From an uncultured virus (IMG/VR IMGVR_UViG_3300042869_000764) (taxonomy: Duplodnaviria > Heunggongvirae > Uroviricota > Caudoviricetes): a stretch of DNA of 20,000 nt. The stretch is taken from IMG/VR virus record IMGVR_UViG_3300042869_000764; one strand, written 5' to 3'. The first letter of the stretch is position 1. Each line of letters opens with the position of its first letter. Under the pieces are notes generated by a model. It worked only from the letters and a program-made list of their open reading frames with translations, was not told the origin of the DNA and did no database searches. Positions 1-7,971 of this stretch are shown here, one piece after another. The position numbers were made by a program, and so were the translations under genes.

Positions 1-1245
1 GTTACATACGGTCAGGGAGTATTCCTTGCCGTGAGCACAACTACAGCAGCAGCAACATCGCCAGACGGAGTAACATGGACCACTAGAACTACTTCTACGG
101 CAGCTAGCGGTTTCTCAGCAATCACTTTTGGTAATAGAAATCGCTACGGCCTGTTTGTAGGTGTAGGTGGCAGCACAGGCACAGTGGCCACTTATATTAG
201 AACCGGAGCCACTGCTAGAGGTCGTGCTAAAGTGGCTGCTGACAAACTGTTCCAGGTTAATATCACAGAGCCTGGATCGGGATATGCCTCGGCGCCAACA
301 ATTACATTCACTGATCCTAATAACACATTTGAATCCCCCGTGACCGTGAGAACCGGCAGCGGTGTGTTAGCTAATCCTAGTTTTGTTAACAGAGGATCGG
401 GTTATGTCACAGGTAGCGGTGAAGTAGACATAGGTGATGGTTATTCCAACCTATTCCAACCTGGTTCGTTTGTGGCGCTGAGAAGAATCAGCATTCAACC
501 AGTGCCCGGAGCCAACGTGGTGTTCAGTCATCTACCTGACAGAACTTTTAAGTTGGTCAACGTGATCACATTCTTGGGTGAAAACGAGGGTGCTTACACA
601 GCATTCTTCCAAATTAGCCCACAACTGACAAGATCAGAAGCTCCGGCAGACGGAGTTAGTGTTGAAACTAGGATTAGATACAGTCAGGTTAGATTAACTG
701 GACACGATTTCTTGGACATAGGCACAGGCAGTTTCATTGACACTAATTATCCCGGTGCGCCTAATCAACCTGCTATTCCTGCCAACGAAGCTGTGGACAA
801 CGGAGGAGGTCGAGTGTTCTTTACCTCCACAGACCAAGACGGTAACTTCCGTGTTGGTGATCTGTTTGCTATCGAGCAAAGCACTGGTATTGCTACACTG
901 AATGCAGATGCATTTAACATTAGCGGACTGCAAGAACTTAACTTGGGCAACGTAACACTAGGCGGCGGTTCAGCTACAATCACTGAATTTTCAACAGATC
1001 CATTCTTTACAGCAGATTCGGATAATATTGTGCCCACACAGCGAGCAATCAAAGCTTATATTGCGGGCCAAATTGGAGGTGGTGGTGCAAGTTTGAACGT
1101 GAACTCTATCACAGCAGGTAGTGTGTTTATTAGTTCTAACATTATAACTACTACTACTGGCGGCCCAATTAAAATAAATGCTAATTTTGAATTCAGAGGC
1201 GGAGTTACCGGAGTTCCCCTGGCATTCAACTACTTTTTGAACTAA
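1..1245 (+). CDS. Large virion structural/fibre-baseplate-associated protein, C-terminal part (5'-truncated by the window)
   Basis: Frame 1 is open from base 1 (VTYGQGVFLAVSTTT...), so the GTG at 31 is internal. Asp-box/BNR-like motif TSPDGVTW; repeated 'V.ITEPGSGY'/'VNRGSGY' beta motifs; C-terminal SQVRLTGHDFLDIGTG and GGRVFFTSTDQDGNFRVG blocks that I recognise from large structural proteins of aquatic T4-like phages. Confidence 0.7.
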   Translation, partial: VTYGQGVFLAVSTTTAAATSPDGVTWTTRTTSTAASGFSAITFGNRNRYGLFVGVGGSTGTVATYIRTGATARGRAKVAADKLFQVNITEPGSGYASAPTITFTDPNNTFESPVTVRTGSGVLANPSFVNRGSGYVTGSGEVDIGDGYSNLFQPGSFVALRRISIQPVPGANVVFSHLPDRTFKLVNVITFLGENEGAYTAFFQISPQLTRSEAPADGVSVETRIRYSQVRLTGHDFLDIGTGSFIDTNYPGAPNQPAIPANEAVDNGGGRVFFTSTDQDGNFRVGDLFAIEQSTGIATLNADAFNISGLQELNLGNVTLGGGSATITEFSTDPFFTADSDNIVPTQRAIKAYIAGQIGGGGASLNVNSITAGSVFISSNIITTTTGGPIKINANFEFRGGVTGVPLAFNYFLN

Positions 1246-1248
1246 ATA
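1243..1248 (+). promoter_or_regulatory. T4-late-type promoter core TAAATA overlapping the upstream stop codon
   Basis: acTAAATAtatacatGGAGaaataaattATG; the same hexamer recurs before many genes in the window; a GGAG Shine-Dalgarno follows. Confidence 0.5.
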
Positions 1249-1268
1249 TATACATGGAGAAATAAATT

Positions 1269-1589
1269 ATGGCAACAGGAAGATTAGGAACCGCAGATTT
1301 ATCAGCAGTCACGCTGACAACACTGTATACAGTGCCTGCTACAACATTCACAGTGGCAACAGTCAGTGTGGTAAATCGTGGTGCAAGTGCAGCACTGATA
1401 CGAATAGCACTAGCAAGTTCTGCGTCACCCACTGACGCTGAATGGCTGGAATATGACGTGAGTCTATCTCCTAAAGGTGTGTTAGAACGCACCGGTATTG
1501 TTATGGATGCAGCAAAATTACTGGTAGTTCGTTCCAGTGCTACTGGTGTCAATGCAGTGGTCTATGGCATTGAAACTGCAACGGCCTAA
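1269..1589 (+). CDS. Small beta-rich virion protein (hypothetical)
   Basis: 106 aa, GGAG SD, in a structural operon; 'TTLYTVPA...VSVVNR...LEYD' pattern typical of small phage structural proteins. Confidence 0.7.
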   Translation: MATGRLGTADLSAVTLTTLYTVPATTFTVATVSVVNRGASAALIRIALASSASPTDAEWLEYDVSLSPKGVLERTGIVMDAAKLLVVRSSATGVNAVVYGIETATA

Positions 1590-1602
1590 CTAGGAGAATA
1601 CC

Positions 1603-2505
1603 ATGGGTAGAAAACATACAGCAGGAACAGCAGGCGGCTCAGGAGTTGGTGGTTTTAATATAGATAACACCACCCTAACTGCTGCTGACGATCTGGACAT
1701 TACCATAGATCCTGCCGGCACTGGCATATTTAAAATAGCTGGTGATGCACAGCTACAGGCTCAGGGGGATCTTCGATTTGCAGATTCAGATAGTTCAAAC
1801 TGGGTGGCGTTTCAAGGCCCAGCTACAGTCTCATCAAATGTAACCTGGACACTGCCCGGTACAGACGGCACAAACACACAGTTGTTATCAACTAATGGAT
1901 CAGGTGTGTTAAGTTGGGCCACTGCCGGATTATCTTTAACGGATAATACCTCTGATGCTGCATCTCACTTTGTGACGTTGACTACATCTACTACAGATAC
2001 TACTATCACCTCAGTGAGACGTAGTTCTTCAAAATTGACTTTCCAGCCCAGCACAGGAACATTAAGTGTCACTGAGTTAAGAGTAGCAGGACTGGCTACA
2101 AGTCTCCAAGTAGAAAATGTGCAGACAAGCAGTTATACCTGTGTATTAGAAGACGCTGGAAAAGTTGTTACCATGAACAACACCAGCTCAGCAACTATAA
2201 CCATACCTCCCAATAGCAGTGTGGCGTATCCCATAGGCACAGTGATCAGCATAGCTAGAATCAACACGGGTAGTGTAGCTCTCACAGCAGGTGCTGGAGT
2301 CACACTCACAGGAAATACTGGTACTGGGGCTATGAATGCTAACGAACAATTATTTTGTAGAAAACGCAGCACAGACACCTGGTTGGTAGTTCACACCTTG
2401 GTCACTGGTTCCGTTAGCGCCACTGGTGGTACAGTCACAACACCCGCCGGATATAAACTTCATCAGTTTACATCAACTGGTGCCCAAAGTTTTATTATAT
2501 CGTAA
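1603..2505 (+). CDS. Tail fibre-like protein
   Basis: AGGAG SD; Thr/Ser/Gly-rich; fibre-type motifs (VTWTLPGTDGTNTQLLSTNGSGVLSW; KLTFQPSTGTL; QTSSYT..LEDAGKVVTMNN...ITIPPNSSVAYPIGT). Confidence 0.75.
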   Translation: MGRKHTAGTAGGSGVGGFNIDNTTLTAADDLDITIDPAGTGIFKIAGDAQLQAQGDLRFADSDSSNWVAFQGPATVSSNVTWTLPGTDGTNTQLLSTNGSGVLSWATAGLSLTDNTSDAASHFVTLTTSTTDTTITSVRRSSSKLTFQPSTGTLSVTELRVAGLATSLQVENVQTSSYTCVLEDAGKVVTMNNTSSATITIPPNSSVAYPIGTVISIARINTGSVALTAGAGVTLTGNTGTGAMNANEQLFCRKRSTDTWLVVHTLVTGSVSATGGTVTTPAGYKLHQFTSTGAQSFIIS

Positions 2506-2520
2506 GCATAGGAGAAATAT

Positions 2521-3465
2521 ATGCCTTTTATCAGCACAATAAGAAGTCAATCAAATATTCAACAGCCCGAAAAAGCAATTTCGGAATCTATCTATGAAAT
2601 CACTGGCGGTGATAAAGTATACACTGCTGGCGGCTATACCATTCACATGTTTACCACCGTGGGAGATCATCAGCTAAATGTCAAAGTCAAAGACCAATAC
2701 AAAAATTCAGCAATGAATTTGGTGAATACCGCCGCTGGTATAACTGTGGAGTATCTAGTTATTGGCGGTGGCGGCAGCGGCGGCCAGGGATACAGCACCA
2801 ACGGCAATGGTGGCGGCGGTGCCGGAGGATACCTATCAGGCACCACACCCCTGACAACAGGCACGACGCCAGTTACAGTTGGCACAGGTGGTGGACCTCA
2901 ACCTTACAATGGCGGTGCAAATGGCGCTTCTAGTAATCTTGGACCTATACAGGGCATCTATGGAGGTTACGGCGGCTATTATCATGGCTCAGCCGGCCAA
3001 TACGGTGGAAGTGGTGGCGGAGCAGCCTACGGCTACGGCGCCGGTTCGAGCCAACCGGGTCAAGGGTTTCCAGGTAGTCCATACACATATACTTGGTCGG
3101 GCGGTGGCGGTGGTGGGTCCAGTCAAGCCGGTCAGAATCATCAAGGTGGACTTGGTACCAGCAGCTCAATCACTGGCTCTGCATTAGCTCGAGCAGGTGG
3201 TGGTGGTGGTGGTGGTAACAGCTCAGAACCAGGTGGAGATGGAGCCAGCGGTGGCGGTAGAGGTCACGGATCTACTCCAAATTGGGGCTACAGCTACTAT
3301 TCATACAGTCAAGATCCTCGCGGAGGATGGGGAGTAACTCATGCCTATACAGCTAATTCCGGATCAGGCGGCGGCGCAGGCTCATACTGGGCTCCAAACA
3401 TTGGCTGGGGTGCAGGTTCGGGATACGGTGCCAGCGGCCTAGTGGTAGTAAGGTATCCTAACTAA
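2521..3465 (+). CDS. Glycine-rich (polyglycine II-type) adhesin/receptor-binding-like virion protein
   Basis: AGGAG SD; TGG...GGYTIHMFT, VEYLVIGGGGSGG...GGGGAGG, multiple Gly runs and terminal GASGLVVVRY, the standard phage Gly-rich domain layout; loops rich in Tyr/Trp. Confidence 0.75.
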   Translation: MPFISTIRSQSNIQQPEKAISESIYEITGGDKVYTAGGYTIHMFTTVGDHQLNVKVKDQYKNSAMNLVNTAAGITVEYLVIGGGGSGGQGYSTNGNGGGGAGGYLSGTTPLTTGTTPVTVGTGGGPQPYNGGANGASSNLGPIQGIYGGYGGYYHGSAGQYGGSGGGAAYGYGAGSSQPGQGFPGSPYTYTWSGGGGGGSSQAGQNHQGGLGTSSSITGSALARAGGGGGGGNSSEPGGDGASGGGRGHGSTPNWGYSYYSYSQDPRGGWGVTHAYTANSGSGGGAGSYWAPNIGWGAGSGYGASGLVVVRYPN

Positions 3466-3893
3466 TGGCAATTTTTAAAACCAATCGAGACATATTCACA
3501 GCGCCTTGGGAAGATGAATTGTTCAATGAGAATTGGATGGATCATGATGTTCCTTATGCGCCACCAACTGTGGATTGGAAATATGATAGAGAAATGAGGA
3601 TCGAGGATGTGGAAATCTGGGAACAGATTTGCTACAAAACCGGAGGCATAGGGTTATATGCTGCATATCTGCCCTATGCTGAATTTTATATTGTCACAGG
3701 AAAATGGATACAGGCAAAACCTGGCAATATTGAATGTTTTTACGGCCCAGGTTCCATGCAGGCTGCATATCGCAGAGCCAAAGAAGTAGGAATGATAGTT
3801 GCTGTAAAAGAAACCTGGGTAGACGATAAAGATCTGTGGTTGCATCAACCTGGTGGAGCCAAACAGCAAGGCAATGTCACATTGTCTGATTAA
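3465..3893 (+). CDS. Hypothetical protein, paralogue of 7332..7676
   Basis: Start overlaps the upstream stop (TAATG). Shares D..(I/V)WE.I..K.G.IG(L/V)YAA..PY.EFY(I/L)V, F(Y/F)G and WVD(D/E) with 7332..7676. Confidence 0.8.
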   Translation: MAIFKTNRDIFTAPWEDELFNENWMDHDVPYAPPTVDWKYDREMRIEDVEIWEQICYKTGGIGLYAAYLPYAEFYIVTGKWIQAKPGNIECFYGPGSMQAAYRRAKEVGMIVAVKETWVDDKDLWLHQPGGAKQQGNVTLSD

Positions 3894-3901
3894 TTCCGGA
3901 A

Positions 3902-4501
3902 CTAGGCATATTCAAAGTTTGCGCTAATGCTAATCCTAAGCTCTTTACTGTAATTTTTTTCCACCATGTGTGGAACATTAGATCTAAATATCAAAAGCAA
4001 ATCGTCTACTGGTTCATACGTACAGGTTTTCCTGCTAGCAAAATTTTCAAGATTGCCTTCTACCGGAAGAGTATACATGTCAGTCATGGCTTCTATGCTT
4101 CTAAACCGAATTTTTCCACAATTTTCTAACACAGACAGATAGTAACTAACACTGAAATGAGATCGTGTGTGTTGATGATATTCTTGATAGGCTCCCGGTT
4201 CTGCAAGATTAAACCAAAAGTCTTTGCAGTAAAGAGTTTCGATGGGAAGATTAATACCGTAGTTTTTACCAAATTCGTGTACCTTGTTTCGAAGCAGCTC
4301 AATCAAGGATATAACTATAGTGTCTTGATCAGATCTATAATCATAAAATCCCACAGTATTGTAGGTATCACAGGCCCACTTGGTAACAGTATGACCTTGA
4401 GTCTGAAAATATATGGTCTTGGCCTTGTTTACAAGATACTGTCTATGTTGAAAATTTAATGTATCATTGTAGATCAGTGTGGGGAACCAACCGTCTATCA
4501 T
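3902..4501 (-). CDS. 2OG-Fe(II) oxygenase-fold protein, HxH type (TIGR02466/2OG-FeII_Oxy_5-like)
   Basis: N-terminal WFPTLIY, WFN...YQEYHQH..SHFSVSYYL, LLIFRSNVPHMV, RISISAN. Confidence 0.85.
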   Translation of the reverse strand: MIDGWFPTLIYNDTLNFQHRQYLVNKAKTIYFQTQGHTVTKWACDTYNTVGFYDYRSDQDTIVISLIELLRNKVHEFGKNYGINLPIETLYCKDFWFNLAEPGAYQEYHQHTRSHFSVSYYLSVLENCGKIRFRSIEAMTDMYTLPVEGNLENFASRKTCTYEPVDDLLLIFRSNVPHMVEKNYSKELRISISANFEYA

Positions 4502-5175
4502 TTGGTGTATTGGATATAGGATTTCTCAGCCACAGCATCACCGGGTTTAGTAGATGTTTTATATTCTTTTAGAAGTTCTAGACTAGGGACGGTGCCTAGC
4601 ATGCCCAAAGAATCACGTTTGTCCCATTTCCATTCTGCATTTGGTCCATGAGCATCTACATAATGAAAGAAAGCCTGCACTTGCCAAGCATCTTGACCTT
4701 TGTCGAAAGGTTCGCGCCAATGAGGCACATCACATCCTCGATAAATTGCTAGGTCACCGGGTAGTAGATCCACTCGATTACCATCCATATATATTGACCA
4801 AACTTTGTCAGCATCGTAATTGAAATTGAAACACAGAGTTGCAGAAATTTCACAACTAGGCCTATCTACATGGGGAGTAAGTGTGTCACCGTTTCTATAA
4901 ACTCTATAATAGCAATAAGTTGGAAACAGAGAAAAACCCACTGCTTGTTCTAGCACAGGTTGCAGATGCAACAACATGCTTTCCATTGCAGGATCACAGT
5001 ATTTTGAATGAGCTTCAGCACACTGAGCTCCGTCGCCCATTAAGGCTTTTTCCGGAGTGAAATCTTGCATTTCATCAAACAGAGCATATTGAGTGACAAA
5101 ATCTCTTAGTTCCGTGGAGATTGCGGATCTTAATACTAAGTATTTGTTTTTTTCAAAAAAGTCTTTATTTTCCAT
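4498..5175 (-). CDS. Phage 2OG-Fe(II) oxygenase (HxD type)
   Basis: PTYCYYRVYRNGDTLTPHVDRPSCEISATL, LLPGDLAIYRGCDVPHWREPF, QAFFHYVD. Start reassigned to the ATG at 5175 (MENKDFF) because AAGGAG lies just upstream. Confidence 0.85.
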   Translation of the reverse strand: MENKDFFEKNKYLVLRSAISTELRDFVTQYALFDEMQDFTPEKALMGDGAQCAEAHSKYCDPAMESMLLHLQPVLEQAVGFSLFPTYCYYRVYRNGDTLTPHVDRPSCEISATLCFNFNYDADKVWSIYMDGNRVDLLPGDLAIYRGCDVPHWREPFDKGQDAWQVQAFFHYVDAHGPNAEWKWDKRDSLGMLGTVPSLELLKEYKTSTKPGDAVAEKSYIQYTK

Positions 5176-5968
5176 TTGAAGCTCCTTGATGAAAAGGACA
5201 ACCAAGTGCTTGTTGTTCTATTTTTTCATGCAGTCTTTTTTTGTTATTATAAAGTTGAGTAGAATCACGATATTCATCTCTTTTCATCACAAATTTATCA
5301 ATGCCAAATACTCGTTGATATTCGGACTGAGTGACCAAATGATGCACAAGTTTGATCTTCTTTTCAGTCATAGGGTGCATAATAGCCAGTGGAGTCAACG
5401 GCAGTATGGTGCAAGTTTGCAATTCTTTGGTCTGTTTTACAAATAGGTTAATTTCAGTGGCATGGGTATATTTGTAGTTCACTAAGCCAGGCAATACTGA
5501 TATAACTCCATGGGTGTCTTGCATATTCCATAACGGTTCAGTCCAAGTAAAATTCATGTCTTTTTTAGTTTTAATTGCCCAGGGAGAAATAAGTTTTATA
5601 TTATGACCATGCTGGCCAGCAAAGCCAGGAAATTGCACACCTGGATGATTAGTAGGAGTAGAAACGTCCCCGTTAGAACTCACCCATTCCCACTCTTTTT
5701 CAGATCCTATGGGATTTACCATCATATTCATTTCAAACCATGAAGGAATAGCTATGCCTTTTTTATAGTATTCTATAATTGCGTTACAATGTTTTATGGT
5801 TACCAAAGGGGGATCAGAGTCTGGCACTTTTGATGGCAACTGTCTCCACCAATCCGGAGCATACTTCATAGCCCAGTCAATTTTAGCGTAGTCGTAGGCA
5901 TGTGCAAGATGAGTAAAGCAGTCTACTACCACTTCTTCTTGTCTAGTAAAAAAATACGGAAATTTCAT
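5165..5968 (-). CDS. Hypothetical protein, putative dUTPase-like fold (DUF6065-like); paralogue of 12152..12880
   Basis: P.WW..LP, TIKHC...G..IPSW, IKLISPW, VLPGLVNY and LTPLAIMHP are collinear with motifs in 12152..12880. Confidence 0.6.
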   Translation of the reverse strand: MKFPYFFTRQEEVVVDCFTHLAHAYDYAKIDWAMKYAPDWWRQLPSKVPDSDPPLVTIKHCNAIIEYYKKGIAIPSWFEMNMMVNPIGSEKEWEWVSSNGDVSTPTNHPGVQFPGFAGQHGHNIKLISPWAIKTKKDMNFTWTEPLWNMQDTHGVISVLPGLVNYKYTHATEINLFVKQTKELQTCTILPLTPLAIMHPMTEKKIKLVHHLVTQSEYQRVFGIDKFVMKRDEYRDSTQLYNNKKRLHEKIEQQALGCPFHQGASNGK

Positions 5969-6633
5969 AATAATATTTGTCTCGATGCAGGAATAGGAAA
6001 ATAATCAGAACTTACTTCTTGAATAAAAAATACCTGTGTAAGTCTGGGCCTGTTATCATGCCCTGTAAATTTATTTACACCATGATACTGGAATCCGTCA
6101 TAGGCAACAATTCTATTATAGATATTTTTAAAATTCACAGTTTCTTCAAATAGACTGTTGTTTTCCTGTAGCTTTTCATTATAGAAATCAGTTTTAGTTC
6201 TATCAAAGTTCAAAAACATATCTTGTTTTTCTTCTAGATTGATCGGTATATCAAATGGTTTTTTTGGTCTAAACAACGAAGTGCCGCAGCCCGTATCTAT
6301 ACCGGGAGTGAGATATATCACCCCAGCATATGGCTTATAGTCTGCATGAATCCATCCTTGATTGATTGATGAGTATTGATCTGGTTCTGCAATTTGGAAG
6401 TAGGTTTCCACAGCCCATTTAACACTGTTGGTTTTTTTAAAATCAAAGGTCAGGGAAAATAGCTTATCGCAGAAATTTTTAAAAAATACAGGATTTACAG
6501 AATCTAGGGAAGGTGATCTTTTGCCAGGCCATGGCACATTAGAAGTTGTTTTGAATTCTAAAGATAACGCAAACTCTCTGATCACATTCGGATCGTTATA
6601 AAAATTATCTACACACAGAGAAGGAAAATACAT
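5965..6633 (-). CDS. 2OG-Fe(II) oxygenase-fold protein (DUF6445-like)
   Basis: VDNFYNDP..IREFAL, WPGKRS, GWIHAD..YAGVIYLTP, GTSLF, NIYNRIVAYDG.QYHG, RLTQVFF. Confidence 0.8.
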   Translation of the reverse strand: MYFPSLCVDNFYNDPNVIREFALSLEFKTTSNVPWPGKRSPSLDSVNPVFFKNFCDKLFSLTFDFKKTNSVKWAVETYFQIAEPDQYSSINQGWIHADYKPYAGVIYLTPGIDTGCGTSLFRPKKPFDIPINLEEKQDMFLNFDRTKTDFYNEKLQENNSLFEETVNFKNIYNRIVAYDGFQYHGVNKFTGHDNRPRLTQVFFIQEVSSDYFPIPASRQILL

Positions 6634-6634
6634 A

Positions 6635-7264
6635 TTATATTTCTCTATCCTTGATCCACGTTACCATGCTGTATTTTGTGCCAGATGTTATTGGGTGTGC
6701 AATGTGTAGATACGCATAGTTGGATGGGAACAAAATTAACATTCCGGGTTCAGGTTTAATTTTTACGTGAAAATTAGGAAATTCCAACTCACCTCCTTCA
6801 AAATTGTCATTTAAATAACACAAGCAAGATATTGCTCTTCCTATAGGAGTTCCGCCATCATAATGTCCTTTGTATTCTTCGCCTTGATCGTATTTTAACA
6901 TTTGATAATGTTCGTGCCAAAGACCTTCCTTGATATTAAATCTTTTAGCATAGGGAATTGATGCTGCTAATAATAACATATAGAACTGATTATGAACATT
7001 TTGTAATACAGCATTATTGGTAATTCCTGCTAGATGAGTAACTCCCATCATTTTGTTTGTTCTGTGTGTTTGATGTGGTCCTTCCTGAGTGGTTTCGGCT
7101 CGTTGCCAATGCACTCCGGAATCTGAATTAGAAGCTGCGTTTTCCACCATCTTGATAGTGTTCTCTGGGTTCGGCCAGGCATTTTCATAAATGGCAATAC
7201 AACCTGCTATCACAGTGCTTGGCTGTAGTTCCCCAGGAAAAAAATTGTTTATTACCACGGTCAT
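6635..7264 (-). CDS. Prolyl 4-hydroxylase-like 2OG-Fe(II) oxygenase (2OG-FeII_Oxy_3)
   Basis: QMLKYDQGEEYKGHYD, RAISCLCYLNDNFEGGELEF, PEPGMLILFPSNYAYLH.AHPITSGTKYSMVTW; AAGGA SD. Confidence 0.88.
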   Translation of the reverse strand: MTVVINNFFPGELQPSTVIAGCIAIYENAWPNPENTIKMVENAASNSDSGVHWQRAETTQEGPHQTHRTNKMMGVTHLAGITNNAVLQNVHNQFYMLLLAASIPYAKRFNIKEGLWHEHYQMLKYDQGEEYKGHYDGGTPIGRAISCLCYLNDNFEGGELEFPNFHVKIKPEPGMLILFPSNYAYLHIAHPITSGTKYSMVTWIKDREI

Positions 7265-7291
7265 ATTGTTGTCCTTTTATACGAGCTATGC

Positions 7292-7297
7292 TATTTA
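7292..7297 (-). promoter_or_regulatory. Late-type promoter core TAAATA for the minus-strand oxygenase cassette
   Basis: Minus strand reads tctTAAATAgcatagctcgtataaaAGGAcaacaatATG. Confidence 0.5.
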
Positions 7298-7319
7298 AGA
7301 GAGCAACGGAATTATTTCA

Positions 7320-7325
7320 TAAATA
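7320..7325 (+). promoter_or_regulatory. Late-type promoter core TAAATA, 6 nt before the ATG at 7332
   Basis: caTAAATActgattATG; no SD between the box and the start. Confidence 0.6.
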
Positions 7326-7331
7326 CTGATT

Positions 7332-7676
7332 ATGGCCACCCGTTTTATTTCCAGCGACGAGATATTCAGTCACAAGTTTTATAAAAATTATTGTCAAAAC
7401 ATCTCGTCTAACAATTTGCAAACTACTGCTACTCCTTGTGTTGCAGATATAACAGTTTGGGAAGAAATTTATTTTAAACCAGGTGTAATAGGTGTATACG
7501 CTGCCTGGGATCCTTATTGTGAATTCTATTTGGTTTATTATCCTGTGTTAGCGGAAACAAAGTTCCATTCGTTGACATTTTTTGGAAAAGATGCTTCGAA
7601 TAGGGTTCAGGAATTTCTTGCAACATATGATATAGATCTTGCTACCAACAATGTATGGGTAGATGAAATCAACTGA
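7332..7676 (+). CDS. Hypothetical protein, paralogue of 3465..3893
   Basis: VADITVWEEIYFKPGVIGVYAAWDPYCEFYLV aligns without gaps to IEDVEIWEQICYKTGGIGLYAAYLPYAEFYIV. Confidence 0.8.
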   Translation: MATRFISSDEIFSHKFYKNYCQNISSNNLQTTATPCVADITVWEEIYFKPGVIGVYAAWDPYCEFYLVYYPVLAETKFHSLTFFGKDASNRVQEFLATYDIDLATNNVWVDEIN

Positions 7677-7905
7677 ATTTCAATGAAAAAGTCATCAGAT
7701 CTAAACTATTTGAAAACTCAATGCAACTCCAATCTTCAGAAATTGATGATTTAAATTCTGTTTGCCAGTGATGTCTAATCACAGACTGTAGATCTAAAGA
7801 CAACTGATCTGTATTATTTTGTTTTTCTATAAGATATTCCACGGCTTTGAGAAAAACAGGACTCACAGCGCAGTCATCTTGTAGTATTTTGATAGTCAAA
7901 GTCAC
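7669..7905 (-). CDS. Small hypothetical protein
   Basis: 78 aa, GTG start 4 nt after a full TATAAATA box; fills an otherwise non-coding gap; ends IEF......F.LKFS like many small phage proteins. Confidence 0.55.
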   Translation of the reverse strand: MTLTIKILQDDCAVSPVFLKAVEYLIEKQNNTDQLSLDLQSVIRHHWQTEFKSSISEDWSCIEFSNSLDLMTFSLKFS

Positions 7906-7909
7906 TGTT

Positions 7910-7917
7910 TATTTATA
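7910..7917 (-). promoter_or_regulatory. Perfect T4 late promoter consensus TATAAATA
   Basis: Plus strand TATTTATA at 7910-7917; divergent from the TAAATA at 7942-7947. Confidence 0.65.
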
Positions 7918-7941
7918 GGTATCCAGTCTGCATTTTTAGAA

Positions 7942-7947
7942 TAAATA
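7942..7947 (+). promoter_or_regulatory. Late-type promoter core TAAATA for the 760-aa fibre gene
   Basis: gaaTAAATAatagactaataacaaagaatatcaATG. Confidence 0.55.
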
Positions 7948-7971
7948 ATAGACTAATAACAAAGAATATCA

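Noticed and set aside
694..3187. Antisense or alternate-frame ORFs over the structural genes (694-933, 765-1052, 1226-1552, 2133-2378, 2670-2885, 2879-3187, 2945-3169)
   Set aside because: Shadows of Thr/Ala/Gly-rich coding strands; fully overlapped by better-supported genes and lacking motifs.
3196..3216. (GGT)7 tract as a phase-variation microsatellite
   Set aside because: An in-frame triplet encoding a polyglycine run expected for this domain; slippage would not switch expression.
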